DNA from: Eledone cirrhosa
Taxonomy: Eukaryota
Length of the DNA: 64,000 bases
NCBI GenBank assembly: GCA_964016885.1
Contig: OZ024743.1
Span: forward strand, 193,192,001 to 193,256,000
Direction: 5' to 3'
The notes beneath the pieces were generated by a model. That model did no database searches. It worked only from the letters and a program-made list of their open reading frames with translations, and was not told where the DNA came from. This document shows positions 50,768 through 62,319 of the stretch, one piece after another; the first letter of the stretch is position 1; each line of letters starts with the position of its first letter. The position numbers were made by a program, and so were the translations under genes.

Positions 50768-51514
50768 CATCATCATCATCAACGTTTAACGTCCGTGTTC
50801 CACGCTTGCATGGGTTTGGACGGAAGTAGTCCCACTTGAGGCAAGAGTGATTGTCTTGCTCGCATAGGACTGTCTGGCAGGTTTTCTACAGTTGGATGCC
50901 CTTCCTAACACCAACCACATTTACAGTGTGGGTCTGGGAGGTTTTTACCGTGTTGCCTACACGGCCACATTACAGCGTGGACTGTGTGTTTTTTTGTTGT
51001 GACACCTACACAATCTCATTTGTTTCGGCCTGGATGGCGCGGCACCAACATAACTTTACATAGAACGGGGTGGTGTGGATGGGGTGGGGGTGGTGGCGGG
51101 ACGGGGTGTATTTTGTTAGAGATGCCTACTGGCAAGGCGGGTCTTCTCTGTTACTGAGTACTGCCAAAGGTCTCGGTCCAGTGACATTGTCTTGGAGAGG
51201 TGTAAGTGTGTGAGGTCGGAGTTTATCAGCTCGTGCCAGGTTTTTCTAGGTCTGCCTATTCCGTGGCTACCGTCTATCTTTATTGCCCTGCACTTTGTTA
51301 TACAGCTATCGACTTTCATGCGCATCACGTGTCCATACCAACGTAGCCTTCTCTCGAGTAAACAACATCTGATCCCTCTTATCTCTAATTTTTTCCTTAG
51401 TTCGTTTATGCTTTGCCGTTCACGTATATTACTGTTACACATCCAGCGGAGCATGCAAGCTTCGTTCCTCTCTAGTCTGCGTATATCCTCTGCACACAAT
51501 GCCAGGTCTCACTG
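50768..51514 (-). mobile_element. 5'-truncated RTE LINE (family A)
   Basis: ORF 51116-51499; (ATG)n tail. Confidence 0.92.
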
Positions 51515-51601
51515 TATATATATATATACATATATATATATATACATATAAATATATATATACATGGCTTGTATCTGCCGTTATTACTTCTTGTTGTTTG
51601 A

Positions 51602-51646
51602 ATTGCCCTGATGAGTCCTTAATAGGACGAAACATTGTCGGCTAAT
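51602..51646 (+). ncRNA. Minimal type-I hammerhead ribozyme motif inside a 127-bp insertion (51566-51692)
   Basis: ATTGCC-CTGATGA-GTCCT-TAAT-AGGAC-GAAAC-ATT-GTC-GGCTAAT, overlapping AATAAA. Confidence 0.8.
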
Positions 51647-51728
51647 AAAGACTTTTGATGTATTGAAGGCTTCTTTGTTTTACTCTCTTAATTATATATA
51701 TACATATAAATATATATATACATATATA

Positions 51729-52343
51729 TGGTGGCTGCCAACTCGTTTTCGAGTACGGCCACTACTTTATATCCATGTAGGAGAACCCCTACTGATGCGC
51801 TAAACGAGTGTGACTTTTCAGTCCAGCCAGCGACTTGAAAACTCGGGTACAAACACTACACTTGTGACAATTATTGACACATAGTGCTGGGCCCATGGTA
51901 CCATGTCACGACAAGTGCAGAGAGATCTCCAGATATAAAGCAATGCCTGTGCCGTGAAGCTTTTATAGTGAGCAAAGGCACTGCACAAAGCCAGTCCCAC
52001 TCTGTTAACCAAGATGATATTTACCAAAAAGAAGAACAAGTCAACATCATTGGATACCATCAGAGTTGCAGGTGTTATATCAGAGTTTTCCTTCTCCTAG
52101 AATTCTGCCTTGACAAAGGCTAAGGGGTCATCTCTCCCGGTGATTTTGGATGGCCATTGACTCTTAAGAGCTCCTTTGCCCTTTGACAGGTTTTGTTTTT
52201 AGTCCTGCAGGATGTCCAAAGTCACCCTCCTCACCAAGCAATCTTGGTGGGGTTGCCAGTTTAGTCGCCAACGACCCGACCATGAGACAGGTTGTACTGG
52301 GATACATGTTACCAGTAGCACCAACTGGTGACCTGACATACCA
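51729..52343. mobile_element. Unclassified GC-richer insertion between (TA)n tracts, probably a retroposon UTR or SINE-like element
   Basis: Sharp compositional boundaries with TA repeats on both sides; no recognisable ORF. Confidence 0.4.
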
Positions 52344-52386
52344 TATATATATATACATATATATATATATACATATATACATATAT

Positions 52387-52720
52387 GGAGGCACATGGCT
52401 TAGTGGTTAGAGCATTGGCCTTGCAATCGAAAGGTTGTGAGTTCAATTCTCAGACCGGGTGATGTGTTGTTTCCTTGAGCAAGACACTTTATTTCACATT
52501 GCTCCAGTTTACTTAGCTGTAGAAATGAGATGATAGGGACTGGGGTCCATATCATTCCACTGCAAAGTGGTTGTGGAGGTGCCACGGCAAAAAGCACGCA
52601 GCACTCACTGTAAATGAGGTTGGTGTTAGGAAGGGCATCTAGCTGTAGAAATCAAGCCAGAATCAGTTCCCGTCCCACTCTTGCAAGCAGGGAAAAGCGA
52701 ACGTAAAATGATGATGATGA
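52387..52720 (+). mobile_element. SINE family S1 (complete 5' end GGAGGCACATGG)
   Basis: A/B boxes, RTE-like tail with (ATG)n; partial tail duplicate at 52882-52935. Confidence 0.85.
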
Positions 52721-52843
52721 TATATATATATACATATATAAACATATACACACATATATATACACACATATATATATATACATATATATATATACATATA
52801 TATATATACATATATATACATATATATATATACATATATATAC

Positions 52844-52877
<34 letters not shown>

Positions 52878-53025
52878 TATATAGAAATCAAGCCAGAATC
52901 AGTTCCCGTCCCACCCTTAAAATGAAATGAAATGAATATATTATATGTATATATATATTATATATATATTATATGTATATATATATTATATATATATATA
53001 TATTATATGTATATATATATATATA

Positions 53026-53955
53026 CTAGCAGTAAAGCCCGGCGTTGCTCGGGGTCGCTCAGTAGCTGTGTTAAAGTTACAATGTTAAGTTTCTTTCTTG
53101 GCTTAAAAACTGTAGTGTCTACTGTGCAGACTTGCATGTGGTGTTTTTGATTAATATTCCCTCAACCAACAATATGCCTTATGAAGTTAAGAAAACATAA
53201 CGATAACCCGAATGTTATAACAAAAGAGGATGCTGGGGATAGAAACTGCACTGGTTATTTATTAACAAAGATCGAAAATGTAAACACTGCAACGCAGAGA
53301 AAAACATTAGCGTAACCAAATTATCAGTCATGTCTGTCTGCACGCCTATATCACCTCTCTGCACGACTGTCTGTCTGCACGCCTATATCACCTCTCTGCA
53401 CGACTGTCTGTCTGCACGCCTATATCACCTCTCTGCACGACTGTCTGTCTGCACGCGTATATCACCTCTCTGCACGACTGTCTGTCTGCACGCCTAACGA
53501 CGAAATATTTGCTTGTTTTACGTAGTCTTTAAATAGACTTGTTTTCAAGTAAAAATATTGTTTTAAAATGCTTTTAAATGGAAATGAAGCAAAACGGAAG
53601 CTTAGTGTTCGAACTGATGAATTTTGCAGGTCAATATTTTGCTGGCTCGACAACTGTCTGTTCGTGTATTGTGTTAATGTCATTTTAAGAAAGCCAGCGT
53701 AATTTTTTACGTAAGACGCTCAATGTAAACAGAACAAAGGGAAATAACTGATAACTTACGCTCAAAAATCGATACATTATATTCGATTTCGTCACATAGG
53801 GTGGGTCAATTTGAAATTTTTTTTTTTCCGATGCCTTCGCTAGGGCTCAATGTACAAGTATAGCAATTTCGGTGCAATTCCGTGAGAGATTCTAAGAGGA
53901 GATGTGTGCCAAAAATCGATAGACAGACAGACAACCACAGTTTTATATATATAGA
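53026..53955 (-). mobile_element. Non-autonomous Helitron (930 bp)
   Basis: Minus strand: A|TCTATATATATAAAA...(GTCT)n near the 5' end; 3' hairpin CCCGAGCAACGCCGGG then CTAG|T; inserted at an A-T dinucleotide without TSD. Confidence 0.85.
53331..53497. repeat. 37-bp minisatellite, about 4.5 units, inside the Helitron
   Basis: ctgtctgtctgcacgcctatatcacctctctgcacga with exact period 37. Confidence 0.95.
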
Positions 53956-54026
53956 TTATATATATTGGTTAGTTTCAGAAGATCCCATTAAGGGTGAAAG
54001 CAGCGATATATTATATATATATATTA

Positions 54027-54071
<45 letters not shown>

Positions 54072-54307
54072 ACCAGTGCTATGAGAAAACAACACCAAAC
54101 TTCAGCACTGAGCATATAAAAATATCGAAATAACAGAAGTAAACTTTATTCCATCGTTGTTTTTCTGTTTTTTTTCTGTTCAAATTCTAGCTGTCTGATG
54201 TGGTCATAGCTGTTGTATAATGGTTATCATTGAAATATACGAATATGAATAAATGAAGTTGATTTTAACTTGTTGATTTATACTTCTTGTTTTATATATA
54301 TAGAGAT

Positions 54308-56013
54308 GGAAAAAATGAAATTGAAATTTCATTTCTCACTCTTAGTACGGTTGATACTTAAATGTAAGTATGTATATGTACATACATATAGGTATGTATA
54401 TGTACGTATGGGTTTACCGAACATTTATCATAATGTTCGGTTTGTTTGTAAACAAACAGCCCGAATTAAGCCGTACAGTGTTCGGCAACCATTTTGTTCA
54501 ACACTGACAAAGGAACGAACTAGTTTCGAGCTTCTTAGCTGTCATCAGCACCATATACCTTCCTGTCAGATGATTGAACATTTGAAAGTATATACTTTCC
54601 TTATGCTTATTAACGGCTGGCAGCCTAATTTGCATATCAAGTGAGTTAGTCGGCCAGGCGCACCGAAAACGATAAATGGGAAAAATGAAATTTCATTTCA
54701 TTTCTCACTCTTAGTACGGCTGATACTTAAATGTAAGTATGTATATGTACATACATATAGGTATACAGACGTACAGCAGTATGTATATACATACATACAT
54801 GCACACATATATATATGTACGTATGGGTTTACTGAACATTTATTATAATCTGTTATTATTGTTAGTTGTGGGGTGGGCCAGTGAAAAGGAGGAGTGTGTT
54901 AGTGGTGTTAGTGGGGGGTTGAAGGAATAGGGGTGGGGGTTCAGGCTGGGGGTGTGTGGGTCTGTAGGGTGAAGATGGTGCGTTGTTCGACCGTGAGGCA
55001 GGTGTTCCATGGCATTGGAGTAGGCCACAGACTGTGAGGTGATGGGCGGAATGTCCAGGGGCCAAAGTGGCAGGCGATGGGGGAACTGCCGCTGAGATGA
55101 ATATCCCGGAGGTGTCCAGTGAAACGGTCCACCAGGTGACGTCCAGCCTGTCCGACGTAAGTTGCACTACACTCCGTGCAGCGAAGTCCATAGACTAGGT
55201 TGGAGGAGGTGCAGCTGAAGGCGTGCTGGACAGAGAGAGTGGGCGTTGGGACGCTGGAAGGTGGTGGTGTTGGTGATGTGGGGGCAAGTGTGGCAGCGAG
55301 ACCTGGAGCAGGGGAGGGAACCGGGGGGGGGGAGAAGAGTGTGGGTTGAGGGAAGGGAGCTGCGGACGAGGAGGGTGCGGAGATTGCGTGCGCGTTTGAA
55401 GGAGGGGAGGGGTGGAAATGGGAAGATGGAGGAGGTGGAGGGGTCGGACTGGAGGCGTCGGATGGTGATGGAGAAGGGGAGATGGTGGGTGGGTATGCGG
55501 TGGCGTGGGGTGAGGGTGGTGGAGCAGTGGACAGCACGGGCGCGAGTGAGGGGGTAACCTCTCCGGATGAAATGGCTGACTAGGGAAAGGGCCTGGGACT
55601 CAAAGTGAGCGTCTCGGCTGCAGAGGCGGCGGAGTTGGGAGTAGGGAATAGAGTGTTTTTGTGTGTAGGGTGGGAGGATGTGAAGTCGAGGTAGGAGTGG
55701 GAGGAGGTGGGTTTAAAGAAGGCGGAGGTGACGAGGGAGCGGTGGGAGGGGTCGATGGCGACGGAGATGTCTAAGAAGTGGACGTGGGTGGTGGAGATAG
55801 AGGTGGTGAAGTGGAGGGAGGGGTTGAAGGAGCAGAAGAAGGAGAGAAAGGAGTCGAGCTGTTCTCGGGTGAGGGTCATGGCTCCGATACGGTCATCGAT
55901 GTAACGACCGTACAGTTCGGGCAAAGATTTGGGCCTCACTCAACATGGCCAACGAAAAAGTTGGCATAGTTTGGGCCCATTCTTGTGCCCATGGCTACCC
56001 CCGTGACCTGTTG
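54308..56013 (-). mobile_element. 5'-truncated, frameshifted Penelope-like retroelement (RT + GIY-YIG endonuclease + partially tandem pseudo-LTR)
   Basis: QVTGVAMGTRMGPNYAN, YGRYIDD, HFLDISV, FKPTSSHSYLDFTSSHP; CTSSNLVYGLRCTECSATYVGQ...RFTGH...HF; 3' repeat with period about 369 bp (54341 vs 54710). Confidence 0.9.
54515..54554 (-). ncRNA. Degenerate hammerhead motif in the Penelope pseudo-LTR
   Basis: GGTG-CTGATGA-CAGCT-AAGA-AGCTC-GAAAC-TA-GTT-CG; stem I 3' arm damaged. Confidence 0.55.
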
Positions 56014-56159
56014 GTATATACACATACATATCTGTACATCCATACATAAACTCACATAGACATCCATCTATACATAAACCTGCAGTTTAAGGTTTCTGTG
56101 CTAAGACAATTAGCAGAAGTGTCAGTATGTTTCCAGACTGATTCAAAATATATTGTTAC

Positions 56160-56320
56160 CTGAGGGACAGAATGTATTGACTTTTGTAAATCAATGTTTT
56201 TCAAATCATCACTTTCGTCTTTGGAAGATGGCTGATTTGGAGACTGAGCGGGTTTTTTAGACATATCTTTCATTGTGCTATGGAAGAAACTCATTATTTC
56301 CGTTAAAGTTTCTTGATTGG
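56160..56320 (-). CDS. VPS13D: VPS13D exon (161 nt, phase 1-0)
   Basis: tttgcag|CCAATCAAGAA...CCTCAG|gtaac; ANQETLTEIMSFF. Confidence 0.85.
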
Positions 56321-56581
56321 CTGCAAAATAAAGTAGAAAACATGAAAGAGAATAAAACTCCAGTGAAATGTAAAAAAATATAATTTTGTCATCAACTATA
56401 TACATACATAATTATCATTTTTACGTCCAATTTTCCATGTTGGTATGGTTTAGATATGATGTTTTGAGACAATATCTTACAGCCAACTGCCCTTCCTAAT
56501 GCCAACCCTTTTAGTCACCTCTTAAAACATGCAGGGATATGATGTACCTATTCTAAAAACCGGGATACATATGGCATATAT

Positions 56582-57332
56582 ATCATCATCATCAACGTTT
56601 AACGTCCGTGTTCCACGCTTGCATGGGTTTGGACGGGGGTTTTCCCACTTGAGGCAAGAGTGATTGTCTTGCTCGCATAGGACTGTCTGGCGGGTTTTCT
56701 ACAGCTGGATGCCCTTCCTAACACCAACCACATTTACAGTGTGGGGGCTGGGAGGTTTTTACCGTGTTGCCTACACGGCCACATTACAGCGTGGACTGTC
56801 TGGCGGGTTTTCTACAGCTGGATGCCCTTCCTAACACCAACCACATTTACAGTGTGGGGCTGGGAGGTTTTTACCGTGTTGCCTACACGGCCACATTTAC
56901 AGTGTGGACTGTGTGTTTTTTGTCGTGACACCTACACGATCTCATTTGTTTCGGCCTGGATGTTGTGGCACCAACATAACTTTACATTGAAAGGGGCGGT
57001 GTGGATGGGGTGGGGGTGGTGGGACGGGGGTGTATTTTGTTAGAGATGCCGACTGACTGTAGTAGGTTTTACTTTGTATTTAGGTAAGGCGGGTCTTCTC
57101 TATTACTGAGTACCGCCAAAGGTCTCGGTCCAGTGACATTGTCTTGGAGAGGTGTAAGTGTGTGAGGTCGGAATTTATCAGCTCGTCCCAGGTTTTTCTG
57201 GGTCTGCCTACTCCGTGGCTACCATCTATCTTTATTGCCCTGCACTTTGCTATACAGCTGTCGTCTTTCATGCGCATCACGTGACCATACCAACGTAGCC
57301 TTCTCTCGAGTAAACAACATCTGATCCCTCTT
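56582..57332 (-). mobile_element. 5'-truncated RTE LINE (family A)
   Basis: [18 protein letters not shown]...; (ATG)n tail. Confidence 0.92.
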
Positions 57333-57547
57333 ATATGTATATAATATATATATATATTATATATATTATATATATATATATAATATTTATATATATATAT
57401 ATATATTATAATATATATATATATATTATATATATAATATATATATATAATATATATATACAATATATATATATATAATATATATATATATATTATATAT
57501 ATATAATATATATATATATTATAATATATATATATATATTATATATA

Positions 57548-59978
57548 TCATCATCATCGTTTAACGTCCATGTTCCACGCTTGCATGTGTTTGGACGAGA
57601 GTTTTCCCACTTGAGGTAAGAGTGGTTGTCTTGCTCGCATAGGACTGTCTGGCGGGTTTTCTACAGCTGGATGCCCTTCCTAACACCAACCACATTTACA
57701 GTGTGGGGCTGGGAGGTTTTTACTGTGTTGCCTACACGGCCACATTACAGCGTGGACTGTCTGGCGTGTTTTCTACAGCTGGATGCCCTTCCTAACACCA
57801 ACCACATTTACAGTGTGGGACTGGGAGGTTTTTACCGTGTTGCCTACACGGCCACATTACAGCGTGGACTGTGTGTTTTTTTTGTCGTGACACCTACACG
57901 ATCTCATTTGTTTCGGCCTGGATGTTGTGGCACCAACATAACTTTACATTGAAAGGGGCGGTGTGTTTTGTTAGAGATGCCTACTGCCTGTAGTAGGTTT
58001 TACTTTGTATTTCAGGTAAGGCGGGTCTTCTCTATTACTGAGTACCGCCAAAGGTCTCGGTCCAGTGACATTGTCTTGGAGAGGTTTAAGTGTGTGAGGT
58101 CGGAATTTATCAGCTCGTCCCAGGTTTTTCTGGGTCTGCCTACTCCGTGGCTACCATCTATCTTTATTGCCCTGCACTTTGCTATACAGCTGTCGTCTTT
58201 CATGCGCATCACGTGACCATACCAACGTAGCCTTCTCTCGAGTAAACAACATCTGATCCCTCTTATTTCTAATTTTTTCCTTAGTTCGTTTATGCTTTGT
58301 CGTTCACGTATATTACTATTACACATCCAGCGGAGCATGCAAGCTTCGTTTCTCTCTAGTCTGCGTATATCCTCTGCACACAATGCCCAGGTCTCACTGC
58401 CATGCAACATTGCTGTTCGTATGCAGGCATCGTACAACCTGCCTTTCATTTTTAGGGAGAACCCTTTAGCGGCTAATTGTGGTATAAGCTCTCTGAACTT
58501 TTTCCACCCAGTTCTGACTCTAGCTACTGTACTTTCAGAGCACCCTCCCCCACTGCTGATTTTGTCACCCAGGTAACGGAAGCCACTATTCTATAGAACC
58601 CTCTGCGCAATTGAAAGAGCTAGTATTTTGTGGGCACTTGCTGCTACTTATTGCACCAGAGCACCGGCCACATGTAAAATCTGTGTTCTTAGTTAGCTTA
58701 CCTGTGATCCCACTACATCTTTTATGCACCCATACTTTGCATTTGGGACATAAAATGGAGTTTCTACCTACGCCTTTCCTACACACTGAGCATGGCCATT
58801 TCCTGGAAGGGAATGGCGCCTTATTTTTTTTCCTACAAACTAGAACTTTAGTCTTAGCCAGGTTAATTTTAAGGCCTTTTGATTCTAGGCCGTGCTTCCA
58901 TGTTTGGAATTTCTTCTCTAGCTCGGCCATTGATTCAGCTATGAGCGTTAGATCATCTGCGTATAGGAGTTCCCATGGGTAGCCGGTCTTGAACTCCTCT
59001 GTTATAGCCTGAAGGGCAATAATAAATAGTAGGGGGCAAAGAACAGAGCCCTGATGGACACCAACTTTTACGCTAAACTCTTCACTATATTCGTTGTTAA
59101 TTCTAACCTTGCTGACTGTTTCTTTATACATGGCTTGTATAGCTCTCACAAGCCATTCGTCAACACCTAGTTTTCTAAGAGCCCACCAGATAATGGAACG
59201 GGGGAATCTGTCGAAGGCTTTCTCCAAGTCGACAAAGGCGAAGTATAGGGGTTTACTTTTAGCTAGGTACTTCTCCTGTAGTTGTCGTACAATGAAAAGA
59301 GCGTATGTGGTACTTTTGCCTGACACAAACCCGAACTGCATTTCATCTAGATTGATTCTCTCTCTGATTAGTTGCACTATTACTTTTTCCGTGACCTTCA
59401 TGACCTGGTCGATTAATTTAATGCCTCTATAGTTACTCCTATCTAGGGCGTCTCCTTTACCCTTGTAACAGTTAATGATGATGCTGCTACGCCAGTCCTT
59501 CGGAACAACCCCATTCTGTATGACTTGGTTTACTATCCGGGTGACCATGGTGTGTCCCACCGTTCCAGAGGCCTTCAGCATCTCAGCAACTATTTCCGAA
59601 GGCCCAGCCGCCTTACCCGTCTTCATATCTTTGATTGCCTTACTTATTATACTACCTTCAACTAACACTGCTGGTCCCTCTATTGGATCGATCTGGGGGA
59701 GACTATCCTTCTCCCATTTATTCTCCTCATTTAGTAGCCTCTCGTAGTGACACTTCCAAGCGACCTTCTTATCAGCGTCAGTGATGGCAAGTACGCCATC
59801 ATCATTTAGTACACACTTCTCCCCAACAATATCATGGTTTTCCTTGACACATTGCCTAGCAATCCTGAACACCTCACGTTTTTGGTCCTCGCGTTGTAGA
59901 ACATGCTTGAACTTTCTTTCCTCTGCTTCCCTTCTTGCGAAGTACACTTGTCTCCTAGCTTCCTTCCTGGCCACTTGA
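57548..59978 (-). mobile_element. 5'-truncated RTE LINE (family A), RT region with one frameshift near 58585
   Basis: ORFs 58586-60061 and 58012-58449 match the full-length ORF; (TA)n at both junctions. Confidence 0.95.
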
Positions 59979-60955
59979 TATATATATATATATATATATA
60001 TATAATAAAAAGGGGAAAGGGGGCCGATTGTTACATCAAACCAAGGAAACAATGTTTCCACTGAGTTTTCCTTTGCTGATACTATCTGTCGGTCACAATT
60101 TTGGCAAAAAGAAGTAGGCTGGATCAGACATGGTAAAGTATCTCGTCCAGCTCTTTAACACTTCTGCCAATAAACCACCTCTGAACTGGTACCAATGATG
60201 CTTAACTATAACCTGCCATCCCAGTATTTTGGTATTGATAGTGTTTGGCCATATTCCATCAACCCGGTATTGTGTTACTGACAATGCTTAACTAATTCTA
60301 CTAGCCCAGTATTCCAATATTGATGATGTTTGATGAAATCACGCCAATCTGGTATTCCATTCTGCCAAATATTTCTCTTTAGTAGTTATTTACACAGCTT
60401 TCTGCACAAATCAGCAATTGTTCTACATTATTAGTTTAGCCCGAGTTCTTTGGTATGACATTGCCATAATTTTTATCAAGTTTCTAAATTTTTTCCTCAG
60501 GCTTAAAAAATGTAATTTTTTCAAGTGATATTTGTGCAGACTCCCAGGGTTGGGAACCATGTATGTGGCAGGGGATAAGGATTCAAAAGATTAATATTTC
60601 CCTGAGATAATTAGGGAGTTATGTCAACCAGTTGTGATTGCAAACTGAAACTAAATTAGCCATTCTACAATAAATATGCTGGGAGAAGTAATATATTCTA
60701 ATATTTCAAAGAGGAATGTTTGAAGAAGATGAGTGCTGGGGCCATGGTTAAAATGCACACAGTACACTTTGTAAAGTAGTTGGCATTATGAAGGGCATCC
60801 AGCTGGAACATATGAGGAAGATTTGATTCTCTGTTCTATCTACTCTCAGACAGCAACATCTCCAACTCATGCGAGCATAAAAAACAGGCATACAACAATG
60901 ATGATTACAGAAATAATCCAAAATTTTAGAAGTTTCATCAGAGGTTTCAACTCAC

Positions 60956-61108
60956 CAATGACATCAAGACTGTTGAACTGAATATCTGCTTTTAACACTT
61001 TCTCATTGGTGGGGTTATTAAGGCTGTTGGATGCAATCACTTGAATGTGCAGGGTAATTAGAGCCTCCCCTTTATGTGATAATCCTTGACCACCTTCATC
61101 ACGATGAT
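60956..61108 (-). CDS. VPS13D: VPS13D exon (153 nt, phase 1-1)
   Basis: ctttcag|ATCATCGT...GTCATTG|gtgag; encodes EALITLHIQ...FNSLDVI; acceptor less certain than donor. Confidence 0.75.
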
Positions 61109-62319
61109 CTGAAAGAGGTTTAACAAGATTAGCCATGTAAAAAATATCAACTAGTGTTTTAAGGCAATCTTCCCTGCTAAAGCAAGCCTCATGACAAATT
61201 TCTCCATTTTCCCCTATCATTTGCATCACTTTCACCAACCAACTGGCTTAACTTTCTTCCTCAATCATTTTTAATCATGTCTTGGTCTTCCCTTTCTCAT
61301 TCATTTCCATCACTCCTCTCACATTCATCTTTCCTCAACATATGACCCAACCATCTCATTCCATTTCACTTCACACCATTCATCAATAGTTCTATCTACA
61401 TCATCCTTGGCAATTCACATAAAAAACATAGTTAAAAATATACTTATTGTATAATAAACTTTCATAAGTTTCTTTAATCTAATAACATATTCATAGAGAT
61501 TAACCAAAATAGTTTTTCTTATTAATATTTTAGAAAATGTATTTATCCATACTCGCATTTAAACACTCGGCTGTCAATCTCAAGATGGAAAAAGTACCCA
61601 GTGTTCCCTGTAAAGTGGATGATGATTGAATGAAGAACATGTAGGATAGAGAGGACATAATCTGATTAATGTTGGTGCCATGGTAAAATACATCCATAGA
61701 AACCTAACAAAAATTCGAACATACAAGCGAGACATGTTCCTTTGATTTATCTAGGAGAGCAGTAACTCCAAATAAGAGCTAACATGGACCGAAACAACCC
61801 ATCTAACCCATGTCAGTATGGAAAGTCTATGTAAAAAGAATAAATAAAATTTAAGACAAATATTAAGATAAATACAGAAATTGTCTCAGTAATTGCAGTT
61901 ATTTCTTTTTTTATTCTTTTCCATTTGTATCCACTATTCCATGTGAGCCTGATTGGAATGAATTACTTTTGGTAAATACAGATACTTTCTTATTGTTGGA
62001 GTGATTATATTTTTCTTGTTGCTATAATGCCTTTTGTACCATGAGAAAATTAACTGTCAAATATAAATAATACTACATCAGAGTAACGCGTTTCATTTCA
62101 GATACAGCACATCATCCGTTTTCCCTGCTAGCAAGAGTTGAATATATCATCCCAGACTTGTCAGTACTCTGACCTCTAGGTGGGCTGGGGGCCCCAACAT
62201 GTGATCCTGCTTTCTACTGTGTGTATTACATGGTCACACCAATACCAAGGAAGTTTTAGTGTTGGTGTTAAGATAAAATGGAAGGATTCATCATTTGTGA
62301 TCTACATAATAAGTCTATG

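Larger units (their letters stand above)
39359..60003. repeat. Region with many (TA)n and (TA/CA)n microsatellite tracts separating nested insertions
   Basis: Tracts for example at 39359-39405, 40212-40410, 40965-41121, 41988-42253, 48600-48827, 49220-49332, 49536-49689, 52720-53025, 57333-57547. Confidence 0.95.
4128..61108 (-). other. VPS13D: Partial multi-exon gene (25 internal coding exons), vacuolar protein sorting 13D lipid-transfer protein; both ends outside the window
   Basis: Exons join in frame with matching splice phases (6164 nt total). Peptides such as FNSLDVIANQETL, LSYNDLKMFIAITDSLPEQ, ICICLIDDCKDADVPLAE, DYYNRKLSGWEPFIEVW, PFVPFVIRNHTG and VTVDKVGIYFR match my recollection of VPS13D. 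Confidence 0.9.

Noticed and set aside
52250-52343. Possible HDV-like ribozyme on minus (CCAGT/ACTGG pairing, GTCG-TTGG-CGAC hairpin, CTAA)
   Set aside because: I could not assign P1, P3 and P1.1 convincingly; it would need an RNArobo or Infernal HDV descriptor search.
52387-52460. tRNA-like sequence with A and B boxes
   Set aside because: No closed acceptor stem, and it continues into a multi-copy SINE body; treated as a SINE head rather than a tRNA gene.
53331-53497. 37-bp repeats of CRISPR-like length
   Set aside because: Head-to-tail units without spacers, in eukaryotic intron DNA inside a Helitron.
39757-54133. Many ORFs rich in YIYIYI/THIYI
   Set aside because: Translations of (TA)n/(CA)n microsatellites that lack stops by composition; not genes.
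54941-55537. Proline-rich extensin-like ORF
   Set aside because: Off-frame reading of the C-rich Penelope coding strand that shifts into the GIY-YIG frame.
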